Assembly: GCF_000143415.4 (NCBI RefSeq)
Contig: NW_003314281.1
Location: 1,275,752-1,339,751 of the forward strand
Reading direction: 5' to 3'
From: Selaginella moellendorffii
Lineage: Eukaryota; Plantae; Lycopodiophyta
DNA length: 64,000 bases
In this document: in pieces, positions 48,942 to 59,899 of the stretch
How positions within the stretch are numbered: position 1 is the first letter of the stretch
Layout: every line of letters starts with the position of its first letter
Position numbers and translations under genes: made by a program
The notes under the pieces: model-generated
Told to the model about the DNA's origin: nothing
Seen by the model: the letters and a program-made list of their open reading frames with translations, nothing else
The model's database searches: none

Positions 48942-51643
48942 TCAGACTGTTATTTTTTGCCTCCAACGCCTATACAATAATCTTGGAATTTCATCACTCT
49001 CCACACTATCAGGATTTAAACCCAATAGTAATGCCATCTCTTCTCTAATACGTCCACGCTCATGTTCAGTGGTCGAAGAACCCATCTGGTTGAGCAGATT
49101 ATGGAGATGCGGATAGTGCTTGGCTAGATAATATACATGCCATAAATGATGACTGGTGTCTGTCCGATCAAATGGCTTCTGATATACCGTTCCATCTGCC
49201 ATTTGGTTGATTTCTGCAGCCACCTCCTGGACTGGCCGGTTCTCTATCACCATCGCTCCAAGCCATTTTGCAAGATCCCCCAGAACATACGGTTTCTTCT
49301 CCCTAGTTTCCATACTGCAAGAGATGGGGTGCACTGCATATGTGTGCGTGTTCGCTGCAGTTTTAATCGGCGAGTCATCGATGATGAGGATTTCACTTGA
49401 CCTAGCAGTCCGGTTCATCACTACAGCCTCTGGCTTGACGAAGATGGGCTTGCTACCCCTTACATGGACCATAGTCAAGCAATCCTCCTGCGTTAGGAGA
49501 AAGTCAAATGGTAATATTACTCGCGTCTGATCGTGCATCATCTGTAGCAACGTTAATGCATTGTGGCGCATCATGGATGTCCAAACTCCCAATTGCAAAT
49601 TGAACCCGGCCCTCTGTTTTAAGTGTCGCATGGTCATTATTAGATCCCGCAGTTTCTCCCATGTGATTAATGTGAATCTGTCTCTTTTGACCAACTTGCG
49701 ACCGCAGGCTTTGGAGGGTGCAATGACATTTGAGGACGAGCCACGCTCATTTGAGAAAAGGACACCGTTCAGATCAAAAATGATACAGTACCTTCGCCGT
49801 GACTCTGAAATGAAATGCGTCAGCATAAAAAATGGTACAAGTCAATTTTACCATCTACAATATTAGCGAATGGTGCTCCCGATGGTCGTTGAGAGGGTTT
49901 TGGTCGAGGAAACGTGAAGGGCGGAAATACTCTCCTCTGCAATGTGGGGTCAATCGCATCCGATGGCGTGTGGGCACATGCCATTTCAGCTGTAGACTCT
50001 GGTACAACTGGCTCAACAGTGGCATGGGGTGGTTCCGATGGCGTGTGATCACACGCCATTTCAGCTAGTGCCTCTGTTGGCAAAGTGGACATGACCGAAC
50101 AGGCAGCAGGGGCGGTGTAGGGAGGTTCCAACGGCGCGTAGTCAGACGATTGGGCACACGTTGAGTCCGTTGGAAATGAGGATACGACCGGCTCAGCGGC
50201 TGGGGCGGCCTCATGCGGGTCCAATGGCGCCTGGTCACCGTCAGTTGGATACGTGGACAAGATTGACTCAGTGGTATGGGCAGCATCAAGTGGAGCGTGG
50301 TCAGCTTGCTTGGCGTTGATATGGATAGTAGCCTCCACTAGCTCTGATGACTCTTGCAGGCAAGTAGAGTCCACTGGCGGATCCATATGCATGTCCAAAT
50401 ATCTCCCTTCGATTGAGATGGTATCCTCCCGTGCTACTAAAAACAAACTCATTAGCACATTGAATCGACTATACTGTATTTACCATCAACTGCTATTGAG
50501 GAACTAGGACGGATATCACTTGGGCGCACTGCTAATTCTGAAGGATTGGACATACGTTTCGACCCTTGCTTGGCACTATCCTTCCTCGACACTAAAGGCT
50601 AGAGTTTGTAAATTCAACTGAATAATCTCTACTTACCATTTGCTCTGCGACCTACATGGACAATGTTAGAAATGGTAAAAGGTTAGGAATGGATGTACTA
50701 TTATTTACCTGATGGTTTGTCTTGTATGACCTTCCTCCGCTGCTCTTTGGCCACCTCAGGCTGGCCATCGTCGTCATCATCGTCGTCGTCGTTATTGTGA
50801 TCGTCACCATTGTGAGGACCATCCAAGTCCTCTTCGTCCTCCTCTTCTTCGTCCTCCTCTTCTTCGTCCTCCTCTTCTTTGTCCTCCTCTTCGTCCTTCT
50901 GCTCTTCCTGCTCATTATCTTTCTCTTCATCCCCCTCCTGCATTTCTTCCATAGGCTGCTCAGGCTGGATGGCTTGTTCTTCCAGGACCATCTTGGGAAA
51001 ATCATTTGGCCGAGTCTCCATCTCAAAATACAAGACATCCATAGCCTGTTTTAGTGCGTGACCTAGGACCGTATCCTCACCCGACTGTCTTAACATGGTT
51101 TTTGCACGTTCTTGCACCCTTTGAAGACGACGAGATGAGATGCTTCGGGGTAGTTTCCAGATCGACCCCCTTCCCCTTCGCTTCACAAACTGGAGGCACT
51201 CTCAACGGCTCAATGTTGGAATATAGTTTTTGAACATCGCCGTAGGTGAGGTCCGTGGATTCTATGTGATCTTCATAGACCCGCAGCGTCTTTGAAATTG
51301 TGGGCCTCCTGGACAACCTCTCCCTAGCTCCCTCTAGGAATTCCTCATAGCCGCTGCCCCCCTCCGGGAAGCCGCTAGGATGTGCAAGGTGGATCTTGAA
51401 GGCAGACGTTGTCTCTACCACAAGTGCCAGTCCATATTCTTGCATGGAACTGCATGGAGTGTCTGTCACTTGGATGAGGATCCCCATGCATTCTTTTCTC
51501 CCACCATCTGTGTTGTACAGCCTCAGATCCTCGCCTTCCATCCTGAAAGTCCAACTGGTGAGCTCCTCCCCCTTCTCTGCATCCACATTGACAGTGGCTG
51601 GAAGAAGAACGCAATTCCTCACCTGTTCAGAAATGCACAACAA
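48942..51643 (-). CDS. Transposon accessory protein: unknown N-terminal domain, acidic tract, Pro/Ala/Thr linker and C-terminal FCP1/NIF-like HAD domain
   Basis: Last exon has IIFDLNGVLF, LGVWTSM, FLLTQEDC, FVKP and ILIIDDSPIK (NIF/HAD motifs I-IV). Intron ~49806-49851 (GTAAAA..TTTCAG) joins it in frame to ORF 49820-50458. Upstream ORFs 50701-51186 and 51077-51643 are probable exons. True start is unresolved (~51900-52000). Confidence 0.7.
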
Positions 51644-53092
51644 TTAGAGCTGACAGATGAAAAGCTAGTAGCTGGAAATAACGTAAGGCCACACGCCATT
51701 CACCACTGCATCAGATGTCTTGAGGCTGCATCCTAAGATGGCGTGAGGCTACACGCCATCTGTAACCGGACTGCACTCGAGAGCCCAATCGGTGCATGCC
51801 AATGTTGCTACTGAATGGCATATGGCCTCATGCCATTTTCTACTTGGCCTAAAAGACTTACCATTTGAAGCCGAATGGAGGCGTGACAACCGGACTCGCT
51901 GGCGAATGTGCACTGTGTGTGCAGCGGATCGTAGCAGCAAGGCTACTCTGCCACTTACAGTTGGAGAGTGGCGCTGAAATCTCCCGGGACGCCAAGTGGG
52001 CTGCGTGTGGGTGGCGGAGTGGGCGGCAGAGTTGGCGGCGAAGTTACAAACTGGGTGTGTCTTGAAGTGGACGCCGATGCACACGAGCGCGATGCAAGTG
52101 CGATGCGAGCGCGAGTGTGATGCAAGCGCGAGTGGACGCCGATGCACACGAGAAACCTATAGAGAAGTGGGAGCGCGATGCGAGCGCGAGTACGAAGCAA
52201 AATGCAAAACCTAACCTCACACGCGCGAAATGTCACGACGGTTGGTAATCCCGCCACGTCATCATTCCTCGAACTTGGGCGCCACCATTAATTTCTGGAT
52301 CGGCGCACGCATGCGTGAAATCCAAAAGAAATCCGCAACGTCATCATTCCTCGGATTGCATGCACGCGAAATCCAAAAGAAAGATCATGATTGGGATATC
52401 ATTTAATACCCTCGCTATATTTATACCATGCATGATTGGATATTCCAAAGCATCTTGTATTTCCAAAAATGCCAGATGTTCAGCTAAATAAATTGTCAGA
52501 GGATTTGATGTGACGTTCAAGCGTGTGGGCTCATGCAATTTTGATCCCAAAAAATGCACCAAAAAATGCTCGGCGTCATCTGGCGTTATCTCTTGAATGG
52601 CGTGGGGCCGCATGCCATTTTCAGGAGCACATAGGAGTATATTCCTAGAATATTCTGACACGCGCAAGATTGTTTTGAGTTTCCTGGAGATCCAACCGTT
52701 AGATCGCAACTAGATTTTACAGAATGGTATACAATGTCCTTCTTGATGACCCTGCAAAGAAGCATCTCGATCAGACACCACATGAGACCACACGAGCCTT
52801 ACAATGTTTCAGGGGCATTTGCCATAGATCCGACCGTTATTTTGCTCCAAGATTCTACAGTTTGGTGTGCATTGACCTTTCCATCGACACTGCAAAGGGA
52901 CATCACAATCAGATGCGGGATCACAAGAAACCAACTTTACTAACTCTGGTTTCACCAAGATCTACGTAAGGAGTTATGAAATGAAAGGACCCTCTCTATT
53001 GAAATGTGTTTATGGTCCTAGGGGCATTGTGACATATCAAAGGATTTTGCATCAAGTTCTGTATTTGCATGTTTATCAAGCTACTGAATTGC

Positions 53093-53116
53093 TAAACCCT
53101 AAACCCTAACCCTAAA
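53093..53116 (+). repeat. Short telomere-like (AAACCCT)n tract inside the transposon
   Basis: CTAAACCCTAAACCCTAACCCTAAAC in the intergenic region between the two element genes. Confidence 0.7.
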
Positions 53117-54302
53117 CATGTGGCAAATGCTGCGTGAAGAAAGATGCCCTTTCTGGGCAAATGCTGTAAGAGGCAGATGCCGAGCAGATGTATCTCAGGC
53201 TAGCGAAGGGGACAAACGAAAGCTAGCTATAAACATGACGGGATGCAAATAGATTACTAGGCTGGTCCTGCGAAAATCAAAAACCATAATTGAAAACATT
53301 GAAAATGCAAAAAGAAAGGTTTATAATATTTTTGAATTTTAAGCAACCAAATGAATGTAAGTTCAACCACTTAAATTCCCAAGTAAATAAAGCTGTTTCT
53401 ATTTTTGGTACAGGTAAACTTTATAGCGTGTGGGCTCATGCAATTTTGAACCCAAAAATGCACCAAAAAATGCTCGACTAACATTATTCTTTGAATGGCG
53501 TGTGGCCTTATATTGCCATAAATGGACGTACACACACAGCATAATTATTCCTTTACACGGCGAATAATCTTGGTGCGGATCGCTGACATGGCATGGCAAA
53601 GTTCGAATCACTGACATGGCACAGCTGGATTGAGGCAAGGACATGATGTGACAAAGTTCAACCTCCGACAGCAAAGTCTAGAAGCTACTCAGTTTGAAAT
53701 TTGTCAGAGGAATCATAAGATCTGGTTTGTCAGAGGATTTGATGTGACGTTCAAGCGTGTGTTATTTTTGAATTCTCGAACTCATTCCTAGGTCTATCAT
53801 TTTTGTGCGCCGTGTTCTTGGTTCTGCTGAGCGCAGTGAGCGCTGCTTGTGTAAGCAGCGTTGTGAGCTGTGGTTTATGCGTCTACAAGCGGTTGCGGCA
53901 TTGCGAGCGCCATTGCGAGCGGCAGTTTATGCGAGTGGCAGTTTGTGCGAGCGGTGCTACGAGCAGTTGCAATGTTGCGAGCAGCGCTACGAGTAGTTGC
54001 GGTGTTGCGAGCGGCACTGTCTTTGGTGTGGCTACCGCTTCCTCTTGATATTCGGCACTTGTGCTTCCTGGTATGTTCACCATGGAATGGTTTAGGACCA
54101 CATTTAGAAATGGCATGAGGCCACATGCCATCTTGGGCCCTTGCAATTTCATGGCTAGCGTATTGTCATGTATGTTTTTACTTGCTTGCAGCTGTGTGTA
54201 TATCAAGATGGCATGTGGCCTCATGCTATTTGGTATGTTATGATTTAGGCCATTCTCCAATCATTTTTTGTATGGTCTTAACTTCTTTTCTGCACTTTCA
54301 GA

Positions 54303-57300
54303 ATGGCCTTCAGGGTTGGGGAAAAGGTTTACATTTTGAATGGTGGGAAGAGAGTTGCAAAAGGGACCCTTGTGTCTATGGATCGGAACTTTGTTATACA
54401 CTGTCAAAGGCTTGGGGAAGGCAATGCTGCTGTATTAGTAGAGACTGTCTTCGATGGGAATGTGGTCGCTATTGAACGAGGAGATATGGTCGTCGGGGTA
54501 AATGTTGTTGTTGCCTTGAAAAATCTGTAGAAGAAAGCAGATGTTGGGGACAGCGCAAGTGCGACGCATGTTCCCTCCGTGGATCTTAAGAACCGTGCTA
54601 CATGGATTCAGGCAAAGGTGTTTCTAAACAATCCCGAGGGGGAGGTGGTAGCTGAGGGCTTAGCCACAGTTGTCGATCCAAGAGATGCGGTTAATCAAGA
54701 ATTGGGCTGGGATGATATTGGAGTTGCGATTTTAGAGGTTGTTGACACAGAAGAAAACAGTCTGACTATTGGAAGCATTGTGCGGTGGAAATTGAGGCAT
54801 TTAGTGTTTGAGAATGTGAAGGATTCACAATCAAATACCACTACAACTGATGACAGAACATCTCTTCATGGGAAAAGAAAGTACACCTTCCTATAGCGCA
54901 GCCAAAGGGATCTGAGCAACGAACCGAAAAGGCAGAAAATGGCGATGGAGGTTCGAATGGTCTTGATAGTTGCTTGTTGCAAGAGGAGGTGCTGTCAACA
55001 TGTTGATTGGGATGCTATTGAAGAGGAGAGAGCAAGATACAAGACATTATCCTAGAAGGCAGCTCGCAATTTTGTGTATGAGGCATTATAGTCATCTGTT
55101 GATGCTTCAGAACATCAGGTGGGGGGCATGGTCTTCCAGAGGGGTTTGGTCTGCATGAAGGCATGGAGAATCATTTATGGAGTCCCTCGAAGCACATTCT
55201 ACAGAATCAAAACTGAGTTCGAGGAACAAAGGGTTCAACAGGCAGTCCATGGGAACGACAGTACGCACAAAACCAGGGGTCATGTTGTATATGGAGAGGC
55301 AATCTTCAAGAGGTTTGTCGAGACATGTAGCAAGCAGCAACCACATAAAACCCGCCTCTTGGAAGATGGAACACGAGACACCCAACGAGTTCTCCCTTCC
55401 ATGTATACCAAGGGGGCCATATTGGAAGATGTGAATTAGGAACTCCAGAGTAATGGCTATAGGAAGCTGAGCCAATCTAGATTTAGTAGATTGTGGAGCA
55501 ACAGGTTCAGAGATGTGAGTATAGGAAAGTACTCCAGCTTTTCAAAGTGTGACGAGTGCACTGCTATCAAAATGGCTTTGTCGAAGAATTCTTGCAGCGC
55601 TCAAGAGCGAGAGACGTTGGTTAGAAGGCGGCTCGACCACAACATCGAGCAGAGAAGCTGCAGGACTGCATATTATCATAACAGGATTCTCTCCATGGAG
55701 AGACCTGACTCTTACCTCTGCATCATCCACGACAAAATGGACCAGAAAAAGACGTGCTTACCTCGACTCAATCCTGCCCCCAAGGCAATCTCTTCATCCA
55801 TGCAGCTGCCTGTGTCTCTTTTTGGCATAATCGCTCATGGGCATGGTGCCCAGAACTATGGGAACTTCTTTGTACCTCTATGGGGTGGCGGGGGTGCAAA
55901 CATGATGATTGCGTCCCTAGCAAAACACTTAAGGTCTCTGCAAAGTGCGCAGACTGAGCTGAACGGCCAACCCTTGCATAAGGCCCTTGTCGATCGAACC
56001 CCATACAGGGTTCAGCTGGAGGAGGAGCAAAGGCTTGCAGTATCGCGTGGGGCCCCATGCCATCCCAGTGAATATGTTGGCCGTCAGATTGTAGGGTTAT
56101 CACGTGAGGCCTCATGCCATTCCGACGAGGCTGGTCGCCCGGTGAATGCACAGCCTCATCCAAACGAAGCAGAATCTCAAGGAAGTTCTTGCGGCCGATG
56201 TGGCCTTCCACCCCATCTTCTGCTCCAAACAGACAATGCTGGCAGTGAGAACAAAAACATGTACGTCTTCGCGTACTTGGCGATGCTTGTTGCCAAAGGC
56301 ATATTTGAAACGGTTACACTTGGCTTTCTCATGGTTGGGCACACTCATGAAGACATCGATGCCATGTTCAGTCACCTGGTAGAGTCCCTCCGGCGATCCA
56401 ATGTCCTCACCCTCCCACAACTCTACGATGAATTCCAAAATTGCATCAAAGGCACTGTTGAAGCTGCACTTGTGACAGAGGTTCCAGACTTTAAGGGGTT
56501 TGTAAGAGGCTACATCAGGGATGGATCCGAAACGCTGATTGGCCACTCCAAGCCTCTTCAGTTTCATTTCAGCATGCGTGACGGTGCTCCAGTGATGAGG
56601 TACAAGATGAGAGAATGGGACACAGTGTGGCTGCCAGTGGATGGCATTGAACTCTTCAAGAGAGATCCCATAACTGGGGAACCTATGATTCCTCAGGGTT
56701 CCCCACGGCCGATGCACCCGAATGGACTCAAAGACCAGGAAAGTATAGTGGCCGGGATTAGACAGCATATTGCCTTCTGGAAGAGGGGGTTGGTGTTTGG
56801 TGGAGAATTCTATTTTAAGAGGTGCAAGCCTTTGCTCGAATACTGGGAGAAGATTATATCTGCTATCCAAAATGGGCCGGTTGTATATGAAGAATTGGAA
56901 GAGTCCTTTTGGCCAGAACCCAGAGCACTAGATAGTAGCGGAACAATGTCCTCTGGAAATGCAGTGACAGATAACGATGTTGAGGATCATTATTGTGGGC
57001 CGAGGAACAAGAAGCCGGATTCAGCATTCAATCCAGTACAGGTCTGCAAAGGAATGGTCGTGCTTGTCAGACCCAGTAATAAAAAACAAATGATATGGGT
57101 GGGGCGCTGCATCACTGATGCAGAGGAGGACGCGGAAACTAACTCCTTCAATGTAACTGTGGAGTGGTTCAAGCCAAGTTTCGGATATACGAAGGATTGC
57201 CTAGAAAAGAGATGGGTGCTGAATCCAAGGGATCCCAGCATGAGCATATCGGTGGATAATGTTGTGCATGGTTGGATGCGGAAGCAGAGTGCTACCATCA

Positions 57301-57441
57301 CCTTGCCAGACCATGCAAGAGATGTAGCAAGAGCATTCATAACCCGGGTTCAAGGTGAGATTCATTAATATTCCTTTACTAAGTTTCTAATGTATTTTAT
57401 TTCAAGGTGAACAATCCGAATCTGAATCAGAGGAGGCATGA
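54303..57441 (+). pseudogene. DDD transposase (Sola1-like/DUF7869-type), one frame of ~1020 codons with five premature TAG stops
   Basis: ORFs 54303, 54579, 55119 and 55491 share one frame. Motifs: CCKRRCC, VCMKAWRIIYGVPRSTFYR, FSKCDEC, IIHDKMDQ, LQTDNAGSENKN, FLMVGHTHEDIDAMFS, plus a C-terminal Tudor/BAH-like beta domain. A probable last intron at ~57355-57406 gives ..GEQSESESEEA* (57439-57441). Confidence 0.85.
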
Positions 57442-58057
57442 TGGCATGTGGCCCTTTGCACTAGTATATCTTAATACCGGTCTGAGAAATAGAATGGCAT
57501 GTGCCCTCAGGCCTTTTACTAAATCACCTTTGAAAGAAATGCAAGCCTCTATGTCGTAAAAAAAAGGTACTAGAGAAATTCCTTAATAATATGAATGTTA
57601 TTTAGTTTCATGAAAATACACTAAGGGTCAAATGAGTTAAATGACTTCTCCAGACTAGCAATGCCTCTTGCTACACCTTCACAATTAGATTCGTTAGAAA
57701 AAGATAACATTGAATAATATCTAAATGTTCTCACCATTAAGTTATATGTCTAGCTAATAGGAATGACGTTCATCTTGGAAAGCTCACCACACGCTCAATG
57801 AACAAACAAATAGTGTGTGCGTGCATGCCATCGCTCTTCTTTAGCTTCAGATTCGGCTTATTCACCTTGACAATGAGATTTATTATACAACCAGATGGAC
57901 TCAGTCTGGACACAAAGTCACTGCGCTAGTCACCATGCCCCAGATATGTCTAGCCCCTGGACAAAAAACATATAATTTCACGTCATTTTCAAATACTTGA
58001 AAATTTGTACCTAGTCCCATTTTACTGAATAAATCCCACTTTAACGAAATAGAGCTT

Positions 58058-59644
58058 TTTGACACAGTTGTTATGCAAGAATGTCCATTCGAGTGGAAGA
58101 AGCCACAAGAGGAGAGTTTTATGGTGCTGAAATGATTGTTGCGCTAAGCTTCAGTGCTTCCCATTGCTAATCCATCGAAACCTTACGAAGTGACATACGA
58201 TGCAAGTGGTTATGCATTAGGAGGAGTTCTCATGCAAGAGGGACAACCTATTGCATATGAGAGTCAAACTTTGAATCCCGAGGCACAACGCTATTCCACA
58301 TATGAGCAAAAGTTACTCTTTATTATTCATGCTTTACAAACATGGCGACACTACCTTTATAGTGCAATGTCTGTAGTGTTGACGGATCATGAACCACTTG
58401 TGTATCTTTTCACACAGAAGGAGTTGAACTCTAGACAAGCTTGTTGGATAGTCAAACTCATGGAGTTTGGGGAGTTTTCTATTGAGTATCGTCCGGGAAA
58501 ATCAAATGTGGTAGCAAATGCTTTATCTCATGTTCATCATATAACGGCATTACAAACATGGTTTTGTCATCATTTGAGTAAGGTGGTCAATGAGTTTGAG
58601 CAGTTAGTTGAGCATGCTCAGGCTCAAGATGTTAAGGTGGCCTCTTTGCAAGACCAGATGGAAACCCCTTTCTTGTTTGTGAATGATATTTTTTACTATA
58701 ATAGCCGTGTCTATTTGCCATGGGTGGATGTGTTAATTACTCAAGTTTTATTCCACTATCATGATCATTTAGAGGCCAATCATTTTGGGGGGAAGAAGAC
58801 GTATGAGTTGATTAAGCGCAATTTTTATTGGAGGAATATGAAGGTTGATATCCTTGAGTATTATAAATCATGTGAACTCTATCAATGGGTTAAGGTGCCA
58901 TGGGAGAAGTTGGGGGGACTTTTGCAACCTTTACCTATTCCTTAGAGCCATTGATGTACTATCTTTATGGACTTCATCACTTGTTTGCCATGAACACAAA
59001 GGCAGGGATTTATATCTTCCATTGGTGCAATTTACTTACAATAATAGCCAACACAGTGGAACTAAGTTAAGTCCTTACTTTGCCATGTTTGGAAGGCATC
59101 CCCAAATAGCGGTGGAGTTGGGATTGCATTTAAGGAAGGACATTCAAGATAAGCTTAATTCTAAGGTGACTAATCTGGCCACAAAACTTAATGAGATTCT
59201 GGTGATGTGCAAACGGAATTTACAGGTAACCCATGATAGAGTAGAGAAATTCACTAATGAGCATTGCCAATTCCAAGAATATAAGGTGGGTGATCTTGTC
59301 TTTGTACAAGTGATCTTTCCATCAAGTGAGTGATGGAACACTTTGGTGCCTTTACAGACAGGGAAGAGTGACAAACTCTCCCATTGATATGTTAGTCCAT
59401 ATAAAGTGTTGGAGTGCATTGGTAAAGTGGCTTATCAGGTGCAGCTGCCAGCTGGGGTAAAACTTCATCTAGTATTTTATGTCAGCTAGTTGAAAGGTGT
59501 ACTATCTCGAAGTGATGGGCCCAATGCCTCCTTAATGTATACGGCTGTGGAAGATGGACCAGGAGGTTGAGCAGGGTTCCCCATAAAGGGTGATCACCGG
59601 TACAACTCATCTTTGTGACAAGGACTTTGTTGGGGGGGAAGAAT
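58058..59644 (+). mobile_element. Ty3/gypsy pol remnant (RNase H, integrase) ending in a PPT
   Basis: VTYDASGYALGGVLMQEGQPIAYES, VLTDHEPL, YRPGKSNVVANALS, zinc-binding YHD..HFGGKKTYEL..FYW, LLQPLPIP, LVQFTYNNSQHSGTKLSPY, PYKVLE.IGKVAY.V.LP. PPT GGGGGGGAAGAAT at ~59632-59644. Confidence 0.93.
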
Positions 59645-59876
59645 TGTTAGGCACCAGCTTTGACCATATGGTCAACGTTAGTTAAAGGGAGGCTCAAGGG
59701 TATATTAAAGCATGTTAGGGTAAGGACTTAATCTACTCTAGAGCTCACAATGGAGCAGGGGTGCAATGGAGCTTTTGAGGTAGCTCGAGGGTGGTTGGGT
59801 GGTGAAGAACTTCAAGGGGAGGCATAGTGTAGTCTACAAAGACTAGATTTTTGTCTTTTCGTGCTAAATCATAACA
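59645..59876 (+). repeat. LTR (~232 bp, TGTTA..TAACA) between an upstream PPT and a downstream PBS
   Basis: Canonical TG..CA termini. Degenerate tRNA-Met PBS TAGTATCAAAG at ~59878-59888. Confidence 0.75.
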
Positions 59877-59899
59877 TTAGTATCAAAGGGAGGTTGGTT

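Larger units (their letters stand above)
48501..58057. mobile_element. ~9.56-kb TIR DNA transposon (Sola1-like/DUF7869-type) carrying a transposase and a divergent HAD-domain gene
   Basis: 24-bp perfect inverted repeats at 48501-48524 and 58034-58057 bracket both genes. The right end abuts gypsy RT/RNase H linker sequence. No matching TSD is visible. Confidence 0.85.

Noticed and set aside
47662-51054. Hydrophobic membrane-like ORFs at 47662-47958 and 50722-51054
   Set aside because: They are antisense readings of the Glu/Asp-rich exon of the accessory gene.
54303-55490. Amber recoding or read-through of the five TAG codons
   Set aside because: Intact genes in the window use the standard code, and TAG-type stops also occur in other decayed TE sequence here. 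CAG deamination is the simpler explanation.
45826-57515. Dispersed palindromes as a CRISPR-like array
   Set aside because: Spacing is irregular (tens of bp to ~1.8 kb), copies lie inside exons, the context is eukaryotic and no cas genes are present.
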